Shown here piece by piece: positions 21,781-43,725 of a DNA stretch of 64,000 bases. The DNA comes from the human T2T-CHM13v2.0 reference genome, Homo sapiens. Every line of letters starts with the position of its first letter. The stretch's first letter is position 1. The position numbers and the translations under genes were made by a program. The stretch lies in NCBI RefSeq assembly GCF_009914755.1, contig NC_060933.1. One strand, given 5' to 3'. The notes under the pieces were generated by a model. That model was not told the DNA's origin, made no database searches, and saw only the letters and a list, made by a program, of their open reading frames with translations.

Positions 21781-22674
21781 TGCATCTCAGCAAAGGTTCT
21801 CATGTGGCACCTGACTGGCATCAAACCAAAGTTCGTAGGCCAACAAAGATGGGCCACTCACAAGCTTCCCATTTGTAGATCTCAGTGCCTATGAGTATCT
21901 GACACCTGTTCCTCTCTTCAGTCTCTTAGGGAGGCTTAAATCTGTCTCAGGTGTGCTAAGAGTGCCAGCCCAAGGTGGTCAAAAGTCCACAAAACTGCAG
22001 TCTTTGCTGGGATAGTAAGCCAAGCAGTGCCTGGACAGCAGAGTTCTTTTCTTGGGCAACAGATAACCAGACAGGACTCTAATCGTGCTCTTATTCAACA
22101 TTCTTCTGTCTCTGCCTAGACTGGAATAAAAAGCCAATCTCTCTCGTGGCACAGGGAAGGAGATACAAGCTCGTTTACATGTGATAGATCTAACAAAGGC
22201 ATCTACCGAAGTCTGGTCTGGATAGACGGCACAGGGAGCTCTTAGGTCAGCGCTGCTGGTTGGAGGACATTCCTGAGTCCAGCTTTGCAGCCTTTGTGCA
22301 ACAGTACTTTCCCAGGATCCACAGGAAATACTCAGAGTCCACCTGGACATTTTACTTATATTCAGTTTCCAAGTGTCAGAGGGGTTCAGGACTGTCTGGC
22401 CTGGGGGGCCTCCTCATGACCTCAATTCAGGATTATCTACTCAAAGCATTAAACAAAAGGAAATACATTTTCAGGATGAAGGCTGCTCTTTTAAGCCCTG
22501 CTGAAGAAACCATTTCAAACAGGATTGGAATAGGGAAACCCGGCACTCAGCTCGGCGCAAGCCGGCGGTGCCTTCAGACTAGAGAGCCTCTCCTCCGGTG
22601 CGCTGCAAGTAGGGCCTCGGCTCGAGGTCAACATTCTAGTTGTCCAGCGCTCCCTCTCCGGCACCTCGGTGAGG

Positions 22675-23085
22675 CTAGTTGACCCGACAGGCGCGGATCA
22701 TGAGCAGCTGCAGGAGAATGAAGAGCGGGGACGTAATGAGGCCGAACCAGAGCTCCCGAGTCTGCTCCGCCAGCTTCTGGCACAACAGCATCTCGAAGAC
22801 GAACTTGAGACTCAGGACCGTAAGTACCCAGAAAAGGCGGAGCACCGCCAGCCGCTTCTCTCCATCCTGGAAGAGGCGCACGGACACGATGGTGGTGAAG
22901 TAGGTGCTGAGCCCGTCAGCGGCGAAGAAAGGCACGAACACGTTCCACCAGGAGAGGCCCGGGACCAGGCCATCCACACGCAGTGCCAGCAGCACAGAGA
23001 ACACCAACAGGGCCAGCAGGTGCACGAAGATCTCGAAGGTGGCGAAGCCTAGCCACTGCACCAGCTCCCGGAGCGAGAAGAGCAT
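22675..23085 (-). CDS. TMEM203: Transmembrane protein 203, 136 aa, single coding exon
   Basis: ATG at 23085: MLFSLRELVQWLGFATFEIFVHLLALLVFSVLL...MIRACRVN; several hydrophobic segments. Confidence 0.95.
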   Translation of the reverse strand: MLFSLRELVQWLGFATFEIFVHLLALLVFSVLLALRVDGLVPGLSWWNVFVPFFAADGLSTYFTTIVSVRLFQDGEKRLAVLRLFWVLTVLSLKFVFEMLLCQKLAEQTRELWFGLITSPLFILLQLLMIRACRVN

Positions 23086-23299
23086 CGCGCCCGTTGAGCG
23101 CGGGCCGGGGCCCGGCCGAGCGTGCCACCCGCGGGGCTGCGTCTCCTCTCCCCGTGGCCCTCGCCCGCGCCTGCCGCCGCTGCTGCGAGCGAGAGGCAGC
23201 GAGCGGCCCCGCCAGCCCCAGCCCTCGGCCCTGATGCGCCGGCAATCCCCCGGCCCCGACCCGGGACTCAACCCTGGCCGCCCGTGAACGCCCGCCTCG

Positions 23300-34085
<10,786 letters not shown>

Positions 34086-34701
34086 GGCCCGCGGCTGCCC
34101 GTGCCCCCTCTGACAGCCATCCTCCTGGGAGCCCAGGAAGGCATCCACGAGGGAGCTCCTGGCCAGCAGCCGTCATCCTCTCGGACCAGCCAGCTGGTCC
34201 TCTGGGAACAGCCAGCTCCCGAGCACAGCCGCACTCCTGTTGACCCTGGATCCCACCCTTTGAGCCTGACCCCACTGCAGCCTCTGCCCAGCCAGCCCTG
34301 CGCTCCCCCACCCTGACAGTGAGCTGTGTCCTCGTCCCCCCACCCCCTTCCCAGTCAAGGTGGTGGCCTGGGCCGCTCCACCTCACCGGTGCAGTGACCC
34401 AGGACGGCATCAGCAGCCCAGTGAGCACCAGGGGTGGCATAGGGCACCCATGAGGCTGCGCTGCACTCCTCTGCCCTGGGGCCACCTCGGCTGCTGCAGC
34501 CTGCCCAGCAGCACATTCCAGTCACTGCCCCCGCACTCCCACAGGGCTCAGGCTGGGCTCAGAGGCCACTGAGATGCCAGCTCCTTGAGAGCAGTGGGGG
34601 TGTCCCAGGCCAGAGCAGCCTCTTCCTCTCCTGGTCCCAGAAAAACCCTTGCAGTAAATGGTGGCCTCTGGGTGGTTACTTCTAGCGCAGGCTTCCTTCC
34701 T

Positions 34702-34854
34702 TCCTCTAGCTCCTCCCGGTGCCCTGGGTGCTGGGTGCTGGATGGATGGGCGTCCTCTAGCTCCTCCCGGTGCCCTGGGTGCTGGGTGCTGGATGGGTGG
34801 GCGTCCTCTAGCTCCTCCCGGTGCCCTGGGTGCTGGGTGCTGGATGGGTGGGCG
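34702..34854. repeat. 3 x 51-bp tandem repeat in the NDOR1 3' UTR
   Basis: TCCTCTAGCTCCTCCCGGTGCCCTGGGTGCTGGGTGCTGGATGG(A/G)TGGGCG starting at 34702, 34753 and 34804. Confidence 0.95.
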
Positions 34855-35665
34855 CCACGGTGCACCCTTGTTGGGCTGCCTGTGCCCGAGTGGCCTCTGC
34901 AGCTCTTATGTCTGCCTCTAATGGGATGTGCGCCCTGACTGCCTCGTTCTTAAGGGCATAGTGGGTCGGCTAAGATCTGATCGCCAGGACTGCGTTCTGG
35001 GCAGGTGCTGGGAAGGCGGAACCAAGCCGTCCGTGCCGCTAGGGAGCCGAGACTGCCGGAAAGAGGAGCGGCAGGAGGGGGCGTGGTTGTGCAGCCCCAC
35101 CCCCGGGAGGGGCTTTAGGCACTGGGAAGGAAAGTCCTGTTGGAGGAGTTCGGTGGCTGTTCACACCCGCCTCGCTGTCTTGGAGTCTTGATCTGTCGTC
35201 GGCGGGTCGCTGGCACAGGACTAAACATGGCTGAGGCTGGGCTCCAGCCAGATCTGGCTGGGGACAGCACCGCGTGGGCCCAGGATCCACCCAGAGCAGG
35301 CAGGCCTTGCTGGGGCCCCAGTCAAGTCCACTTCCAGTGAGGAGAGCCAGCCGGGAGGTCAGTGCCAGAGCTCTGGTGGAGCCCAGACCCTGCCTTCCCT
35401 GAGGGCCGCCCCTGTCGCCGCCCTGGGGTCCCTGTCCTCCTATCCTGACTCCTGCCCCAGGGCCACCACCCCTGAACTGTGCCCTGGGGCCCCCACCCTC
35501 CACCTGGCCGACTCCAGCTCTGGGCCTGTCAGTCCACCTGGGTCCTCTCTGGGCCCTGAGTGCCTGGACCCTCTGTGCCAAGCACCAGCAAGCAAAGGGG
35601 ATGACCTTGGGCACCCCCAAGGTGCTGAGACTACAGCCAGTGAGCCCCTGCTGGGGGCCAAAGCC

Positions 35666-36271
35666 ATGGAGGGTGCCTGGGCCCTTCCAACCTGGAAGGA
35701 GGAGGGGAGAGAGCAGGCAGCAGGGCAGGGGGAAGAGGAGGAGTGCCCGATCTGCACAGAGCCCTACGGGCCCAGAGAGCGCCGCCTGGCCCTGCTGAAC
35801 TGTAGCCACGGCCTGTGTGTGGGCTGCCTGCACAGGCTGCTGGGCTCGGCCTCCAGTGCCGACCTGGGCCGGGTGCGCTGCCCGCTGTGCCGCCAGAAGA
35901 CGCCCGTGCTGGAGTGGGAGATCTGCCGGCTACAGGAGGAGCTGCTACAGGCCGACGGGCCCTCACGCCAGCCCCGCCGAGAGGCCCCTGCATCCTATCA
36001 CCGCAACCCTGGGCCCTGGGGCTCCCTGGAGCACCGCTACCAGCTGCGCTTCCTGGCAGGGCCCGTGGGCGGCCGGGGCTGCCTGCCCTTCCTGCCCTGT
36101 CCACCCTGCCTGGGTGCCCGGCTCTGGACCCTGCGGGAGCGGGGACCCTGTGCCCGCCGCCTGGCGCTGCTGAGCCTGCTGGCCCTTGAGCTTCTGGGGC
36201 TGCTGCTGGTCTTCACGCCGCTCCTGCTGCTGGGACTGCTCTTCGTGCTCCTGGACCGCTCTGGCCGCTGA
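35666..36271 (+). CDS. Unnamed RING-HC (C3HC4) finger protein with C-terminal transmembrane segment, RNF152/RNF183/RNF186-like, at least 201 aa
   Basis: Strong Kozak GCCATGG; C-x2-C-x15-C-x-H-x2-C-x2-C-x17-C-x2-C (aa 27-75); 31-aa Leu-rich tail (aa 166-196); intronless; shares AATAAA 37011 with NDOR1. Confidence 0.85.
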   Translation: MEGAWALPTWKEEGREQAAGQGEEEECPICTEPYGPRERRLALLNCSHGLCVGCLHRLLGSASSADLGRVRCPLCRQKTPVLEWEICRLQEELLQADGPSRQPRREAPASYHRNPGPWGSLEHRYQLRFLAGPVGGRGCLPFLPCPPCLGARLWTLRERGPCARRLALLSLLALELLGLLLVFTPLLLLGLLFVLLDRSGR

Positions 36272-37010
36272 GCAGAGCCCAGGACAGCCCCGCCGCCAAC
36301 AGGCCAGGGGGCCCAGACTGGCCCACGTCCCCATGCCTGGGTGCTGTGAGGCCTGATGACCAGGCTGGAAAAACCCAAGGTTGGGTCCAGGGCAGTGGCC
36401 TTCAATCAAGACCTCCCATTGCTGAACCCACAACCAGGGCTACCCAGAGGCCTGACCCTGCCAGAGTCCATGGCTGCACTGCTGCCCAGACACTAGCTGA
36501 ACCCAAGGACACCAGCGCCCAAGGACAGCTCCTGGAGGAGGCCAGCCCAGCAGGAAAGTCTGTGAGCAGGACCCCATTCACCCTGCGGCAGACGGGCACC
36601 GTACTGGCCACGGGCTGACGCCGGCCACACTTCCCCTCCGAGGGCCAGCTGAGCACAGCAGGCATGAAAGCAAACAGAGATACAGCAGTGAGTCAGTTCC
36701 TTGGAGAGGGCAGGGACTCCGCCCACCCTGTGTTCAGATAAGGGCCAGTGTGTGTCCCTGAAGGTCAGGCCAGCCGGGGGAGGGGTCCATGCTGCGAAAA
36801 TTCAGCCTGCAAAGGCTCCTCTCCCCACTTGATCAGGCCCAGACCAGGTGGGGGTTGGCGCTGGCCTGTGTTGCAGGGGACAAGGGCCCACCCAGGCCTT
36901 GGAACATAAGCTCTGCCCCTGCACACCCTCATGTCACCACACCTGGGATGGAGACATCAGGTGGCCCAGCGAGAGATGGAGGACTGATCCTGGAACGTGA
37001 AGCAGCTTTC

Positions 37011-37390
<380 letters not shown>

Positions 37391-38095
37391 TGGGGCGGGC
37401 TCTTCCTCCCACCCAAGTGGTCCAGGTGCCAGACAGGAGGCGCTGGGTCCTTATTCCCCTACCACCATTTCAGCCAGTCTTTGTCCCTAACTCCTGCACA
37501 TGCCCAAAGGCTACTCCCACACAACCCTGGAAGACCCAGGTGGGTGCTCAGGTCCAGATGGGCACCAGGAGGGAAATCAACCGAGTTGTCCCCCACACAG
37601 GCACCCCCACACCATTGAAAATGTCCTCTCTGCCCAGCTGGGGTGTCTCTGCACACCCACCAGGTAGTCCTGCCAGGCGCACACAAGCAGCCCACTCTGT
37701 ACGTGTGGGGGTTTGCACCGACACAGCCCACCCGGCCCTCCTGAGCTGCATGCACAGCCCAGCCTGGCCCCCAGTGCGCAGGGCAGGCCCAACCCGAGCA
37801 GCGCTGGGCCTCTCTCTGGCAGCTCCAAGCTGGGCCCTCTCTGGGTTGCAGCCCTGGGTGCCCACCCTAGGCCCAGGCCTGAGCACAGCCCACAGGAGCA
37901 AGCTTCAGTCCAGGAACAGGTGCAAACTTTGGCAAAGAGTTTTAATGGCAAAGTTGGCTGCAGCGACAATGCCACTCGGGGTGGGGCCGGAAGCCATGGT
38001 GGGGAAGGAAGGGTCAGCGGGCGGCAGGGCAGGGCCGGGTCCCTGAAGAAGCAGCGAGCGAGGCTCAGCGGGCAGTGGCGGGCAGGCAGGCGCTA

Positions 38096-38881
38096 CTACA
38101 TGATGGAGCAGGCGGACAGTGGGTTCCGCACGTGGCAGGTGCACGCGGCCCCACAGTACTGCCGGAAGGTCTGGTAGCAGCTGCCCTCGGGCTCAGCCCC
38201 CCACTGACCCCCGGATGGGGCCGTCAGCGCCTCAGGCGGCAGGCGGCTCAGGATGGACGTGTTGACAGCCAGCGCGGCCAGGCCGTAGTCGGTGAAGAGC
38301 ACAGTCTCACGGCGGCAGGTGGGGCAGGAGATGAACTTGTACTTGGGGCAGGACTCGTAGAGAATCTGCAGGCACTGCTCACACACAGAGTGCAGGCAGG
38401 ACAGCACGCGGGGCCTCCGCTGGGTGACATTGTAGGAGTGCCCACAGGTGGGGCACTCCAGGGGCTCGCCTGCCGCCGCCGAAGAAGCCGCCGAGGCCGA
38501 GGGGCCAGGCCGAATCACGTACTGATTCACAATGACCTCATCCTCTGGGGCCACGCGGGGAAAGCCCAGCTCCGAGCTTCCCTTACGGGGCCGCCGTGGC
38601 AGTGGCGGGGTATGGGGTGCCCCTTCCAAGGCAGGCATGTCCCCCCCACAGGCCTGGTTGACAATGATCTCTGTGTCTGAGGGCCAGGCACGCTTGGGTG
38701 CCAGAGTTGGGGTGGGCCGGGGAGCAGGCGGGAAGCAGGGGGCAGCCGGTAGCTCAGGGAACTTTTCAGGGTGGACAATCTTCATGGCCTCCATCTTGAG
38801 GATGACATGGGGACCCTTCAGGCAGGACATGAGGAGGCCCGGCCAGCCACTGCCCGCCTCGGGCCCGGGGTCAGAGGGCAT
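38096..38881 (-). CDS. RNF208: RING finger protein 208, 261 aa, single coding exon
   Basis: MPSDPGPEAGSGWPGLLMSCLKG...; RING CPTC-x15-CLHSVCEQC-x15-CPTC; ends CSIM. Non-coding exon 1 donor at 39657, acceptor at 39408; ATTAAA at 37941-37946 (-). Confidence 0.95.
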   Translation of the reverse strand: MPSDPGPEAGSGWPGLLMSCLKGPHVILKMEAMKIVHPEKFPELPAAPCFPPAPRPTPTLAPKRAWPSDTEIIVNQACGGDMPALEGAPHTPPLPRRPRKGSSELGFPRVAPEDEVIVNQYVIRPGPSASAASSAAAGEPLECPTCGHSYNVTQRRPRVLSCLHSVCEQCLQILYESCPKYKFISCPTCRRETVLFTDYGLAALAVNTSILSRLPPEALTAPSGGQWGAEPEGSCYQTFRQYCGAACTCHVRNPLSACSIM

Positions 38882-39599
38882 CCGGCTGTCTCCAGTCAGA
38901 CTGGATGTTCGGGTGGGTGGGGGCGTTGTGTGGGGCTGGGGGGCAGGTGACAGGGCAGCATCCTGGTCCCGCCAGGCCTGGGGGGGGCCCCGGACGGCCC
39001 GTGGACTCCTAGGGACAGCCGGCGAGAGTTGGGGGTGCAGGGCCCCCCCCAGTGGCCACAGTGGCTTCTCTGGTCCAGTCCTGGGAGGAGGAGGAAGGGG
39101 TGGGGGAGGGGGAGGCAGGCGGGGGCAGGGAGGGGTGGGAGGCTGCCCTGGGCTGGGGGTCTGGCCCAGGGTCTCACCCAGGGTCTCTGGCTGCTGAGGC
39201 TGGCGAGGGGGCGCGGGGGGGGCTCCCCCTGCAGCCGAGGTCAGCAGGCCGCGGGCCGGGACATCGGGGCAGGCAGGGGCTGGGTGGGCCCCATGGCTCC
39301 AGGACAGGGCGCCCAGGGAAGGCAGCTAGCCGAAGCGCTGGCTGCAGGAGGACCGGGGCGGCAGGCTCCGCGGCAGGAGCAGAGGCGAGGCCTGGGCCAG
39401 GCCTGAGCTGCAGGTGAGAGACGGCATGAGGGCAGTGCCCCGGCCACCCCCACCCTAGCCCTCGCCCTGCACAAAGGACCGGGCGCCCGACCTCTGACCC
39501 TGACCTCAGCCGTGGGATCCCGACCTCCGCGGGCCTCAGAACCCAACCCCCTCCCCGGTCCCCGCCTCCAAGGCCAGACGCACCTTCCCGAGGGCCGAC

Positions 39600-40120
39600 C
39601 CCCGTCGCGTGGGGAGGGGCGCTGAGTCCGCCCCCGGCCCCCGCCCCCTGCGCTCACCTGCCCCAGCCTGGCGTCCCGGCCGCGCGCCGCCGCCGCAGAG
39701 GTTGTCTCAAAGGCAGGCCCGGACGCGGCGCCCGCGCCTCGGCCCGGCAGCTCGGGGGGCTCCGGCGGCTCCGGCGGCGGCCGCAGCGACCTCAGGCGAT
39801 GGCGGGGCCCGGGCGGCACCGAGGGGCGCGGGCGCGGGCGTGGGGCGCGGGGCGCGGGTTTCGGCACGGCGGCGACGGCGGCAGGTGCGTGCGGAGCGTG
39901 GCGCGCTCTGCGGCGGAGGCGCGGGGACCGCAGTGCGCGCGGCGCCCGCCCGCGCCCGCAGCGCCACCCCCCGTCTGGGGACCCGCGCGGGGTCCGCGGG
40001 GCGGGGCCAGCCTCCCGGCCGCCCCTCGGTCCGCTCCCGGCGTCGCTCTCGCCCGCGGACTGCGTGGGGGGCAGGACCCCCGCGTCGCCCCCAGTTCTCT
40101 CCAGGCTGATCCTGGGTCCT
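39600..40120 (-). promoter_or_regulatory. RNF208 CpG island / non-coding first exon
   Basis: Very CpG-dense; 5' splice site CAG|GTGAGC on - at 39658/39657. Confidence 0.7.
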
Positions 40121-41825
40121 GGTCAAGCCCCCGCCCCCCCAGATTCAGGAGGAGAATCCGGCTGTTCTCCTCCCTCACAGTAGGAGGCCTCAGGACTCTG
40201 GAGTGAGAGGGAGGGGACCTGCGCGGAGGATCCCAGGGGAGCTGGTTCCAGGGCCCACCGGTGCCTTCCCCCGTCCCCGGCCCCCCGCCCCATGGGAAGG
40301 CCCCGAGTCCTCCAGCTCCGCCTGTGCCCGGTGCCGTAGCTCAGATAGATCGCTGTGACTCTAAGGGGCAAGAGCGGGGCGGGCGGAGCGGATCAGAAGG
40401 CCGAGGCCGGTGGACGGACGGGTCCGGTGGGAGTGCGCGAAGGACAGGCTGGCAGCCCAGTGCGGGGTGGAGGCGGCCCTGAGGACCGCACCTGCCCGGA
40501 CAGGGTGGCCCCTGGCACTCCAGCGCGCAGGCCCGGGCCTCTCCGCTTCCTCACCCGGGGCTTCCCTGCCCTCCTGGGTCCGCCTTCTGCCTGTGGAGCC
40601 CTCGGGCTTGCTGGTCACCGTGAGGCAGGGGACCAGGGCTTCGAGGGCCTCCGCTGCCACGCTGTGACCAGCTCTGGCCCCGCACCTGGCCCTGGACATC
40701 CTGGCCTCCTTCAGCTCCTCTCTCCGCTGGACTGGCCAGACCGCACCTGCTCTAGGCAGAGCCCCAGGGCCTGCAGAGTGCTGAGCCCAGAGGGGACGGT
40801 GCCGCTGGTGCGGGAGCTCGCGTGGGCAAAACAGGCTGGAGGAGCAGCCCTGCGCATAGGGTCTGGCTTGGCCCCTCTGTGGGGCCTCGGGCGAGTGTCA
40901 CTCAGAAGAGCAATAGGGAGAGGTGTGCGGGTGACAGGGGCGCTGCTGGAGGGGTCCTTACGGGGCCCTGGCAAGATGGTGGGGCAACTGAGGCAGCCTG
41001 GGCCTGGGGAGGGCCGGGAGCCCAGCTCCGCCGCAGACTCTGCTCACCGACCCGGCGTGCGCCCGAGGAAGCACCAGGCCGCAGGCCCCGCCCCCTCAGC
41101 GAGACCCCACCCCGTAGGGGATGAGATCCCGCCCCCGCCACGAGGCCCCGCCCCCCAGGCCAGGCCTTTTCAGACCCGCCATTCAGAGCTGGAGAACCCC
41201 AAGCCGAGTATTGGTCACATCCGAACCGGGTCTTTCGGGAAACCCCGGAGCGCGTGGGCTTCTGGGCAATAATATTTCCACGGCCGGTTCCTGCCTTGTT
41301 TGCGCATGCGCCATAGGCGCCACTCAAGTGGCAGGCAGGGAGGTGGGCGGGACTTCCGGCGCCTGCGCAGTGGACTTCCGTCGCCGGCCTCTCAAGTTTT
41401 GGGTCCCCAGGAGCACCCAGTTCTCCCCAAATCGGGGCCGGGTTGCCTGAACTCATGTCCCGACCGGTCTGACTGGCCCTACACAGGCCACGTCTGACTG
41501 GACCCCGCCCTTCCTGGTGCTCCCCTGGGCCCCAAGGGCCCCACTGCCGTGGGTCGTCCCCGCGGCACTCGCCAGTGCCCGCTGCACCCCTGCCTGCGCC
41601 GGTGCAGATGGAGCCTGGGTTCGGCTGGAGGCGGGGGGCCCAAGGTGGGGACGCTGGGGGGGCGCGTGTGGCCCCCACGCCCGCCAGCCAGAGGGTAACT
41701 GCAGTTTGAGAAATGAGCTAAAAATGTCAGTAGTGTCTAAAGCCCGTGTCACTGATTGTAAGATAAGACCTGTGACAAAACGTGCAAATCAAACATTTTT
41801 TATCAGTGAAAAAAGCAGAAAAGCC

Positions 41826-42540
<715 letters not shown>

Positions 42541-43290
42541 TCACCCCACTTCCTTTCCAGAGCCGTGACCTCAGGCTCACCTCCTGCCCTCCTCTCAGGC
42601 AAGCTGCAGATGCCCTTTAGGGCCCAGGCCATGCCCCGGATGTGAGGGGCTGAGTCACTGGTTTGGCAGTGCCCCTCAGAGCCCAGGCCTGGGCTGCCAC
42701 CCACCTGAGGACGAGGGCTGGGCCAGCTGTCGTGCTCCAGTTGCTGGGGCCTCTTGGGATCTTGGGAACCCCATCTCTGAGCCCCGCCCCATGGCCCCGC
42801 CCCTCCCAAGGAGGGAAAAGGCGGCTGCCAGTCGCTCAACTCAGGCACTGGGACCTAGAGCTCAGAAGACCGAGAGGACAGACTGCCGTGTTGCCACCAC
42901 AGGTAAGCCCTTGGCCGCCGGGACTGCCCTGAACTCAGGGGCACTGCAGGGTCAGCCCCCTTCTCTCCCATCTCTCAGCCTCCCCGACCCCATTCCCAGC
43001 TCCATCCCAGGACCAATGCCACCAGGGGAGGGGGAGGATCCCTGGCAGGGGTGGCAGCTGGGAGACACCGGCCCTTGCTGCTTGCTCACACTTGGCTCAC
43101 GCCCATGACACTAGCCTTGCACACACATTTGGAGGTGATGGCACCCCGGCACTGATGCCTTGGGGATGCTGAGCTTGGACGAGGCACGCTGCTCCTGGTG
43201 GGGGCTTTCCTGGGCCGCAGGCTCGTGGGCAGCCATCCCACTCCACTGAGTTCATGTCTGTCTTCTCTGCCCACCCCTGCAGGCTGGACC

Positions 43291-43725
43291 ATGGACCCCC
43301 AAGAGATGGTCGTCAAGAACCCATATGCCCACATCAGCATCCCCCGGGCTCACCTGCGGCCTGACCTGGGGCAGCAGTTAGAGGTGGCTTCCACCTGTTC
43401 CTCATCCTCGGAGATGCAGCCCCTGCCAGTGGGGCCCTGTGCCCCAGAGCCAACCCACCTCTTGCAGCCGACCGAGGTCCCAGGGCCCAAGGGCGCCAAG
43501 GGTAACCAGGGGGCTGCCCCCATCCAGAACCAGCAGGCCTGGCAGCAGCCTGGCAACCCCTACAGCAGCAGTCAGCGCCAGGCCGGACTGACCTACGCTG
43601 GCCCTCCGCCCGTGGGGCGCGGGGATGACATCGCCCACCACTGCTGCTGCTGCCCCTGCTGCCACTGCTGCCACTGCCCCCCCTTCTGCCGCTGCCACAG
43701 CTGCTGCTGCTGTGTCATCTCCTAG
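43291..43725 (+). CDS. CYSRT1: Cysteine-rich tail protein 1, 144 aa
   Basis: ACCATGG Kozak; [26 protein letters not shown]...[29 protein letters not shown]; upstream intron 42903-43282; AATAAA 43955-43960; AP-1 site TGAGTCA 42651-42657. Confidence 0.94.
   Translation: MDPQEMVVKNPYAHISIPRAHLRPDLGQQLEVASTCSSSSEMQPLPVGPCAPEPTHLLQPTEVPGPKGAKGNQGAAPIQNQQAWQQPGNPYSSSQRQAGLTYAGPPPVGRGDDIAHHCCCCPCCHCCHCPPFCRCHSCCCCVIS

Noticed and set aside
35039-35833. 264-aa minus-strand ORF near the hidden RING gene
   Set aside because: Antisense to the RING frame, low complexity, no motif.
40355-41272. 305-aa GTG-initiated ORF
   Set aside because: CpG-island composition (Gly/Arg/Pro/Ala), no domain; expected by chance at this GC content.
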